Shown here piece by piece: positions 28,593-35,689 of a stretch of 64,000 bases of DNA (position 1 is the first letter of the stretch; every line of letters starts with the position of its first letter). The DNA is from Coriobacteriales bacterium (lineage in GTDB: Bacteria > Actinomycetota > Coriobacteriia > Coriobacteriales > UMGS124), in assembly GCA_017515595.1 (NCBI GenBank), contig JAFWFL010000120.1, positions 18,069 through 82,068 on the forward strand, written 5' to 3'. Under the pieces are notes generated by a model. That model saw only the letters and a list, made by a program, of their open reading frames with translations, was not told the DNA's origin and made no database searches. The translations under genes were made by a program, and so were the position numbers.

Positions 28593-30836
28593 TCAGTCTG
28601 TTGGGAGAGCGTCTGCGTAGGTATTGTACTTGTCTGCCAATGTATTGGTGATGATCTGCCAGTTTGCCTGCATGGCTGCCAGATTGCTATTCTGGTAATA
28701 ATGCGGCAGTTCAAGCGTTTGAATATCTCCGGATTCACTCAGCACATAGAGGCCGGAACCGTCAGACGAGAATCTCAACGCAGATACTGAGTTTCCTTGA
28801 GTTTGCAACTCCGCTGTTAAATACATATGCTCCGTTTCGTAGACTCTGACCAGGCCGTCTGGATAACCAAAAGCCACATATCCCTCATCTGCAGAAACCG
28901 CAACGGCGGTGTTGGCATCTATCCTCTCGGTCTCAGGTACAAAGAAGAGATTTTTTGCGGGATTGTTCAAATTAACTCTCTCGCAAAAAACAGTACTGGC
29001 GCCTCCTCGGTTTACTGTGAACATATATCCTTTTTTCTGAGCCAATTCCATGGTAAAGCAGGGCATAAAAGCCAGGTTAGTCCTATAGAAATCAGTAAGT
29101 ATAGTCATGGTTTCATCAATAACGGTATACTGCCCGTAATAATCGGTAAGAACAAAGTTTTGACCCCAACGAGCTATGTTCCACAGATACAGAGGCAGAT
29201 CCCCGTATGTGATAGCGCCGGAATCCAAATCTATTTTAGCTGCCGTACAGCCAAACGCTGATGCATAGAGTGAATTCCCATCAGCGTTAAACGCAAGTCC
29301 TGTCAGACGGTAATCAGAAGCTATGCTCAGCTCTGTGATTCCGTTCTCGAGATTAATACAGGTCACGCCATAGGTTCCGTCTTTCTCGTATATCATAGCC
29401 GCCGTTCTGCCGTTGTCTGTAACTGCGAGACTTGCGGGCAGTAATACTCCTTCGACAGCGATATTAATGGTTTTCAATTCGTGATCCCTGTTTATTATAA
29501 GGTCGTTCCCATCTACAAAAACCGCAGTTGGTACATCCTGATTCTGCAGAAACACGCCATAGTTTATTCCCTGCCTTTCTACAGATCCCGGCTTTATGGG
29601 GTTCTCCCATAAAAGTGCAGTTCCCCTCTCTGTTATCGCTGTAATATAGGTACTGCCGTCTATGTCCATAAATCTCAGAGAATTGATTTTCTCGTAGTTC
29701 TCCGCCAGGCTTATTGGATTCCCATAACCCGACGGGTCATAAACATAGACCTTGCTCCCCGAGGCGAATGCCAAATATCTGCCGTCATCGCTCCAAGAGA
29801 AGCAGTTTACGGTACCCGGAGTATTTATTGTCCATGTTAAACCGTTTGTAAGCCTGGTGATCTGCATGCTGCCGCTGTCATCCTGAGGTTCGGCTCTGTA
29901 CAGACTGCCGGTTAGCACGGGCTTCTTGGCTAATACGCTGTTGTACAGGTCGCTGTCTTTTTTGGCTACAGATGCCGGAAGATTGACATTTTGCAGTCTG
30001 ACAGCATTCATATTGAGGGTAAAAAACGAGGTTACTTGTAAATAATCGGTATTCATATTTACGGCCTTGCTGATAGCCAGCAAGGGGTCTATCTCCCTGA
30101 GCTCGGCTATTTGCCCAGAAACTGCCTGGCCGTTATAAACATTGGTGTTTTCCTGGGTTCCGCTGCCAATGGCTATGACTCCTGCTATAGCCATTACCGC
30201 CGAAGCTATTGCCAGCAGTGCCCCAAGCACAATCCCTCCGACTCTGCGAATGGTACTGTTTCTGGCAAACTTTATGTACTGCTCCATATACGGATACATT
30301 TCCGGATTAAGCTGCTTGTAGTTTTCTGATTTCATTTGCGTGCTCAAGCTGCCCAAATCAACAATCAGATAATCCATGGTATCGTTGAAACCCCTTGTGT
30401 GCTCAACCAGCTGGTAAGGATCCACGTTGGTTTTTAGCTCGTAAGCGGCCGAGAAGAGCTGGGTGCGATTGCTGTTTTTCTCGTTATTGACTTGTTGAGT
30501 ACAGAACAGCCTGACCTTCTCTATAGCGGCTTCCGGGTCTTTTTCGACCTCGTCGGGATTCAGTTCCAAATAGGGAATAGCACACTTTTTTATGAGATCA
30601 AACTCATTTGCACAGTTCACTGATTTGTCCCAGTACTCCGAGCGGAATATAATTGCTGCGCTTGCAAGATACAGAGCTTCGGTAATTACGTCGAACCACT
30701 TTGTGGAGAAGGGGATACCGGTACCCGCGCCTGATTTATCTTGCCAAATACTGTATCCCTTGTCTTTTAAGAGTTGGGTAAACGCATCGACAACCGCTTC
30801 GTTTTTTCTGGAGTATGAAATGAAAATGTGATTCAT
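28593..30836 (-). CDS. TIR domain / single TM helix / WD40-like beta-propeller protein
   Basis: Start at the ATG at 30836 (GAGGAG upstream, 1 nt after the upstream TAA). The TIR part is MNHIFISYSRKNEAVVDAF...AAIIFRSEYWDKSVNCANEF. The TM helix is RRVGGIVLGALLAIASAVMAIAGVIAIG (about 30168-30242). Propeller blade signatures are CFSWSDDGRYLAFASGSKVYVYD and VSALRFSSDGSGLYVLSESGDIQTLEL. Confidence 0.75.
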   Translation of the reverse strand: MNHIFISYSRKNEAVVDAFTQLLKDKGYSIWQDKSGAGTGIPFSTKWFDVITEALYLASAAIIFRSEYWDKSVNCANEFDLIKKCAIPYLELNPDEVEKDPEAAIEKVRLFCTQQVNNEKNSNRTQLFSAAYELKTNVDPYQLVEHTRGFNDTMDYLIVDLGSLSTQMKSENYKQLNPEMYPYMEQYIKFARNSTIRRVGGIVLGALLAIASAVMAIAGVIAIGSGTQENTNVYNGQAVSGQIAELREIDPLLAISKAVNMNTDYLQVTSFFTLNMNAVRLQNVNLPASVAKKDSDLYNSVLAKKPVLTGSLYRAEPQDDSGSMQITRLTNGLTWTINTPGTVNCFSWSDDGRYLAFASGSKVYVYDPSGYGNPISLAENYEKINSLRFMDIDGSTYITAITERGTALLWENPIKPGSVERQGINYGVFLQNQDVPTAVFVDGNDLIINRDHELKTINIAVEGVLLPASLAVTDNGRTAAMIYEKDGTYGVTCINLENGITELSIASDYRLTGLAFNADGNSLYASAFGCTAAKIDLDSGAITYGDLPLYLWNIARWGQNFVLTDYYGQYTVIDETMTILTDFYRTNLAFMPCFTMELAQKKGYMFTVNRGGASTVFCERVNLNNPAKNLFFVPETERIDANTAVAVSADEGYVAFGYPDGLVRVYETEHMYLTAELQTQGNSVSALRFSSDGSGLYVLSESGDIQTLELPHYYQNSNLAAMQANWQIITNTLADKYNTYADALPTD

Positions 30837-30837
30837 G

Positions 30838-32454
30838 TTATTCCCACTCCTCACCGTCTCCGCCCGGATATACCGAGAGTCCCAGGGTATTCCATACCTC
30901 GGATGATACGAGGTCTTTTACCTGTACTGTCACTCCCGAGTGCAGCTTTGTTTTAACGCTTTCGTAGATGCCCTTCTCGGAAATGGTATTAATGCCGGTC
31001 CGGCATTCCCAGTATCTCCCAGCTGCGTCTTTGAGCATATAGCCGTCTTTGGTTTGATATATTGCTGTTATAGCTGTCCTGGAGGGAATAACATGCTCGC
31101 AGGTCTTGGTTATGGTTCCCTTCTCTGTGTCCAGTGCAAGTTCAAAAAAGCTTCCGTCAGAGCACCCGACAAGGATATAATAATAATCAGTATTGTTCAG
31201 CTCATTTGCTGCAACGAACCGTATGCCGGCCACCGTGGGCAAACCATAGGTCATAAAAGGTTCATCTTCATAGTACAGATAGTCATCGGGAAGTACCGCC
31301 ACGTCTTCTTGGGCATAATGACCGCTATTGTTGTGCAGTATCATTGCCGGGTCGAGCATTGCGGTAACGGGTCCGTTTGCGAGCTGAAGTTTCATGGTAA
31401 TAACACCGTTATCGGCGATTTCAACGCTTTCTACGCCTTTGCCACCGGTTGCACTCAGATCTGCCGTAGCGTTTTTGCTGTCATATACGGTTTCTGATGA
31501 AGCGCTCTTCTTCTTGAGTATACCTTCAAGAGAAACCGGCCTGCAGTCAGATTCACTCATCATCAGCAGCATATCCTCTGTTGCATAGATATTGTTTAGC
31601 GCACGAAAATCCGAAAGCACGCTTCTGTAATCAAAGAATTCGTCAATATCGTAGAGACCGGTTCCGATGTTTCTCTCGTGATATACCACCGTGTAGTCGT
31701 TTACAAATCTCAGCGCCAGAGCTTGAGGCAAAACGAGCGGAATCCTTTCTGTCATGGTTCCGGTTACTTTCCATACCTGACCGGTGTCATCAGTAACTAT
31801 AAGGACATCTCTCCGGATATCCGAGACGGGCCTGTTATTTACTGTTATACCTGTGGCGATGTAATTGAGAATATCATCCTCAGACCAAATGCCTACAAGC
31901 AGATTACCGTTATCGGATGCTGCAACAATAGTTTTCCCTTCTGCAGTGATACCCGCATCAAGAACAGTAAAAGTGCTGCTTGTATTTTGCAAGAGCGTTG
32001 TCGTCTGAGCATCATACTGCTCCAAAGTGTTGCGGTCATAGATGAGTACTGTGTTATCTGACATTTTGAGTCTTGCAGCTGCCGGGTTAACGGAAGAAAC
32101 AACACCGGTATCTTGCCAACCTTTGCCATCGCCTCGGTATAATTCCCCGTCACTATCCATTGCTGCTACGTTGCCCAAAGAATTGGCCGCTATGCAAAAC
32201 AGTTCGCCATCGGTGAGCTTTTGTTTTGACTCAATTTGTCCGGTATAGGTATCCCACAGAAGCGCTTTACCACCGGAATCCGCTGTCCAGATATACCGCG
32301 AACCCGCCGGAATAGCTGCATCATTTATTGTATATTTATAATTTTGGCCAATCGGAGTTTGGTCCCAAACTTTATCCATGAAAGCTACGTACTTCTCGTA
32401 TGCGATCTTTTTTGCCATCTCCGTTGAAAACGGATTGGTGATAGCTTCTGTCAT
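30838..32454 (-). CDS. Beta-propeller-like protein (a separate gene coupled by ATGA, or the C-terminal part of a frameshifted TIR-TM-propeller gene)
   Basis: The ORF track gives 30838-32604. The internal ATG at 32454 overlaps the upstream stop as ATGA. WD-like strings are YIWTADSGGKALLWDTYTG and VAASDNGNLLVGIW. No signal peptide is visible from M51. Confidence 0.55.
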   Translation of the reverse strand: MTEAITNPFSTEMAKKIAYEKYVAFMDKVWDQTPIGQNYKYTINDAAIPAGSRYIWTADSGGKALLWDTYTGQIESKQKLTDGELFCIAANSLGNVAAMDSDGELYRGDGKGWQDTGVVSSVNPAAARLKMSDNTVLIYDRNTLEQYDAQTTTLLQNTSSTFTVLDAGITAEGKTIVAASDNGNLLVGIWSEDDILNYIATGITVNNRPVSDIRRDVLIVTDDTGQVWKVTGTMTERIPLVLPQALALRFVNDYTVVYHERNIGTGLYDIDEFFDYRSVLSDFRALNNIYATEDMLLMMSESDCRPVSLEGILKKKSASSETVYDSKNATADLSATGGKGVESVEIADNGVITMKLQLANGPVTAMLDPAMILHNNSGHYAQEDVAVLPDDYLYYEDEPFMTYGLPTVAGIRFVAANELNNTDYYYILVGCSDGSFFELALDTEKGTITKTCEHVIPSRTAITAIYQTKDGYMLKDAAGRYWECRTGINTISEKGIYESVKTKLHSGVTVQVKDLVSSEVWNTLGLSVYPGGDGEEWE

Positions 32455-33245
32455 TTTGATAGCGCCGCTAATTGGATCTGCCGATTCAGAATCAACCGAG
32501 AGTGCGAGCGTAGCATATGATGCCCTGTTAAAATAGACTCCGAGCCAGGAATTAGCAACAGTACCGTCACGGCGAGAGCAATAAGGATGCCGCGTCCAAT
32601 CCATCTCAAAACTTTTTGTCTTGTGAGTTTTTTCGCATAGCGGTCTGAAGCTTCCAGATAATCAAGTATGCCTTGTATTTGGGCTCGTAAATACTCATCT
32701 CTTTGCTTGGCCAGGTTTGTCTCGAAAGCCTCCCGGTATTGCTTTATGTCTTTGCGGTTTGTGAGCAGATCGCCCTCGTAACCCGCAATAGCCCAGCTTT
32801 TGTACCTCAACATCAGGTGATTTTTTATTGTATAAAACTGGGGATCCGTTGTAAGTGAATCAAGAATGTTCAAATAAAGTTTGTCATCAATCCTAATAAA
32901 ATTGATTTCTTCCAAAACAGGAGGCATTACCATTGGATCGTTAAAATTTACTGTTTCGATACCGCAGTCAACCGGTATAAACCTGACATTCTGTGCGCTT
33001 GCATCTATAAAGTTGCGCCAGTCACGGTTTGCGGTCGCCGCATCAGATACGAATACAATGACAGAATCCATGGCGATGTTCTGCCGGGTTATGAGATGCT
33101 GCCGTACACACCCGCTTGCTGTTACATCAGACTCCCGGTCTTTCTCGGCAACACCGGATTGCTGCAGCCACTCGAGAGTACCAATGCCCCACGTTGCGCA
33201 TGAACTCTCGTATATCACCTCAATATAATGGGTTACTGTGTCCAT
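32451..33245 (-). CDS. Degenerate TIR-like domain protein with a C-terminal TM helix
   Basis: Start at the ATG at 33245 (GGAGAAGG upstream) rather than 33293. By eye, HYIEVIYESS...DSVIVFVSDAATANRDWRNFID aligns to the TIR region of 28593-30836 but lacks the Glu. The TM helix is RWIGRGILIALAVTVLLLIPG. Confidence 0.5.
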   Translation of the reverse strand: MDTVTHYIEVIYESSCATWGIGTLEWLQQSGVAEKDRESDVTASGCVRQHLITRQNIAMDSVIVFVSDAATANRDWRNFIDASAQNVRFIPVDCGIETVNFNDPMVMPPVLEEINFIRIDDKLYLNILDSLTTDPQFYTIKNHLMLRYKSWAIAGYEGDLLTNRKDIKQYREAFETNLAKQRDEYLRAQIQGILDYLEASDRYAKKLTRQKVLRWIGRGILIALAVTVLLLIPGSESILTGHHMLRSHSRLILNRQIQLAALSK

Positions 33246-33267
33246 ACTACCTTCTCCACATGTCAGA

Positions 33268-33419
33268 TATGTCGGGGGACGGTGGTTTTTCATATTTAAA
33301 TCATCGAGCTGCTCTTTGCATTACTTATCCTCGACGCAGATTGTCCTCAAAAACTAATGATCATATTCCGGTATGATACCATTCCCATCAAACATGTCAA
33401 ACCACCGTCCCCCGACATA
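33268..33419. repeat. Perfect 21-bp inverted repeat (33268-33288 / 33399-33419) flanking a 110-bp segment upstream of the TIR cassette
   Basis: The arms are tatgtcgggggacggtggttt and aaaccaccgtcccccgacata, which are exact reverse complements. A related motif, cgtcccccgacata, recurs at 35492-35505. Confidence 0.9.
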
Positions 33420-33461
33420 AAGAAACTAATTCAAAGATAGACTTCTGGCACTAACCCCGGT

Positions 33462-34076
33462 TTACTCAAGAATCATAGCAGCACGGTATTGAAATTTGGA
33501 CATGACTGCTTTTACCAGATAATAGGAACATATACCTATAACTATTCCTATGATTGTTCCAACAATTATGTCGGTTGGATGATGCACTACAAGATATGCA
33601 CGTGAGAAATCCATGAGCAAAACGAGGGCTATAGCTCCGAGCGTCCAGCCCATAGTGCGCTTGCTCAACGCAATAATCATCATATACGAAGCCATCATTG
33701 CCGCATGTAGTGATGGGAAAGAAGACCCTCCCGGTGATAAAGCGCCTACTGCCGTCCACCACTCAGCCCATTGTTCGTTTTGCTCAAAAGGGCGAGGCCT
33801 GTCAACGAGGGTTTTTAATCCAAGATTTGCAAATAAATAATCCAGTAGAAGCGAAACCAACATGCAAATGCCAATTGTTCGCGTCTTTTTAAAACACATA
33901 AGCACAAGTGCAAGAATAATAAATCCTATACCGTGATCACCAAAATAGGCCAATACCTGACAAAGCGGGGTAAGTACACTGCCCAAACAGCTCTCCGCAA
34001 CCTCATGACAAAATGCCAACCCAGACATATCAAACGCAGAGAATGTAGTATCAAGCCAAGTTGCAACCTGCGACAA
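33462..34076 (-). CDS. PAP2-family membrane phosphatase
   Basis: 204 aa and multi-TM. The motifs are KTLVDRPRP, SFPSLHAA and SRAYLVVHHPTD, the three PAP2 signature motifs. Confidence 0.85.
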   Translation of the reverse strand: MSQVATWLDTTFSAFDMSGLAFCHEVAESCLGSVLTPLCQVLAYFGDHGIGFIILALVLMCFKKTRTIGICMLVSLLLDYLFANLGLKTLVDRPRPFEQNEQWAEWWTAVGALSPGGSSFPSLHAAMMASYMMIIALSKRTMGWTLGAIALVLLMDFSRAYLVVHHPTDIIVGTIIGIVIGICSYYLVKAVMSKFQYRAAMILE

Positions 34077-34341
34077 TCAAATCTCCCCCATACTGTTCTA
34101 GTCAGTAGCCGTAATACTCATCTCAGTTAGTGACGCAAAATGACTTCGTTCACACGTACAAGTTACATTTTTTTGGATAATTTATGTATGACATCTTATT
34201 ATCCACATAGTCCGCACAATTGAGCTGCCGTGTTAGATTTCTGTAAGGGTTTTTGAAAACCTAACACTCCTTTTACAAAACTTATGCTGCGAAGAATGTA
34301 TATGTTGACTGGCGCTGGTTTTAGCCCTAGGCGCAAAGGAG

Positions 34342-35271
34342 TTGCATATGAATGATGTAATGGCTAAAAGTGATTATGAGAATAATGAGAGCGCTTCATT
34401 AGAAGCTTTTGGCAAGCCAGAAGCATATGAAAAGCTCAGACTCTCAAATAACTTCTTGTTTTCAAAAGTCATGTTAGATGAAGAGCTCTGTAAAGAAACC
34501 ATCGAGACAATTCTCAAAGTACCCATTGAGCGTATAGCCTATTTAGTGCATGAAGCAACTCTTGATGCAGTAAGTGACAGTAGATCAGTCAGACTCGATG
34601 TGTATGTAAAAGATGGCAAAGGCACATCCTTTGATCTTGAGATGCAGGTTATCAATAAAGATGACTTACGCAAGCGATCTCGCTACTACCATTCTCTTAT
34701 TACAATTGATCAGCTTGAGAAAAGTATTGACTATAGTAAGCTTCCGGATTCCTATGTAATCTTTATCTGTAACTTCGATCTCTTTAAAGAGAATAAGCGT
34801 ATCTACTGGTTTGAAAACACTTGTCTGGAAAACCAAGACTTGACACTCAGGGATGGTACGCATACTATCTTTTTAGCAGCTTCTGCTCCGCGTCTTGGTA
34901 ATGACACAAAGCTTGATGGTTTTCTTGATTACCTTCATAGCAACAAGCCCTCTGATGACTTTACCAAACGTCTTGAAGCCGCCGTAATTGAGGCACATCA
35001 TAACCAGCGTTGGAAGAAGGAATATATGTTCCTTGAAGATATTAAACGAGAACAGTACGAGCTTGGCAAAGAGCAAGGCATCAGCATTGGCAAAGAAAAA
35101 GGCCGTGCTGAAGGACTTGAAGAAGGCCTTGAAAAAGGGTTTGCGCTTATGAGTAGACTCATCGATAAGCTGCTTTCGCTTGGTCGTATTGATGATGCTG
35201 CCCGTGTAACCACAGATGCAACATATCGAGACGCTCTCCTTAAAGAGTTTCATCTCACGCTCAACACATAG
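34342..35271 (+). CDS. Rpn-family recombination-promoting nuclease/putative transposase (YhgA-like PD-(D/E)XK)
   Basis: 309 aa with N-terminal LSNNFLFSKVM, DVYVKD...FDLEMQ (nuclease core) and a C-terminal helical E/K/G-rich tail. AAAGGAG lies upstream of the ATG. Confidence 0.8.
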   Translation: MHMNDVMAKSDYENNESASLEAFGKPEAYEKLRLSNNFLFSKVMLDEELCKETIETILKVPIERIAYLVHEATLDAVSDSRSVRLDVYVKDGKGTSFDLEMQVINKDDLRKRSRYYHSLITIDQLEKSIDYSKLPDSYVIFICNFDLFKENKRIYWFENTCLENQDLTLRDGTHTIFLAASAPRLGNDTKLDGFLDYLHSNKPSDDFTKRLEAAVIEAHHNQRWKKEYMFLEDIKREQYELGKEQGISIGKEKGRAEGLEEGLEKGFALMSRLIDKLLSLGRIDDAARVTTDATYRDALLKEFHLTLNT

Positions 35272-35302
35272 CGCAAGGTTTTTGTCTTTCAACTAACTTT
35301 TT

Positions 35303-35344
35303 GGTAACAGGTGGTATTAACAGGGTTATATATCACCTGTTACC
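35303..35344. terminator. Hairpin downstream of the Rpn gene
   Basis: The arms ggtaacaggtg / cacctgttacc form a perfect 11-bp stem with a 20-nt loop. It is the counterpart of the hairpin at 27821-27869. Confidence 0.35.
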
Positions 35345-35400
35345 TTCATAAGGATGCATCCCTGCTCATAAGCAACTTGTGCCATATAGATGAGAAGTTT
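35344..35400 (-). pseudogene. 57-bp avd gene fragment (identical to 26321-26377, inverted)
   Basis: The reverse complement of 35344-35400 equals aaacttctcatctatatggcacaagttgcttatgagcagggatgcatccttatgaag, the same string as avd 26321-26377. Confidence 0.9.
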
Positions 35401-35421
35401 CTGAGAGTATGACAGGGGACT

Positions 35422-35483
35422 ATGACAGATAATATGACCCGAACAACGGAACTTTGAGTTGTTCGGGTCATATTATCTGTCAT
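35422..35483. repeat. Perfect 26-bp stem hairpin with a 10-nt loop
   Basis: atgacagataatatgacccgaacaac (35422-47) pairs with gttgttcgggtcatattatctgtcat (35458-83). Confidence 0.9.
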
Positions 35484-35689
35484 AGACATATCGTCCCCCG
35501 ACATATCCTGACATATAGGGGGGGTCGCCTGCAGTATGATTCTTGGTTGTTCGCCGTTCAAGGGACTTAAACTGTTCAGACGCATGACGTTTCAAGCTAT
35601 ACTTTGTAATGTTATGGTTCTGCTTCACGCACTTTTTGGAAAAGAGCCATATCAGACAGGAGAGGCTTAGATCTTTGGAGGAGGAAAAA

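Noticed and set aside
34198-34206. A ttatccaca string (DnaA-box consensus) in the PAP2-Rpn intergenic region.
   Set aside because: It is a single isolated 9-mer with no cluster, no nearby dnaA or dnaN gene and no AT-rich unwinding element, so it is most likely a chance match.
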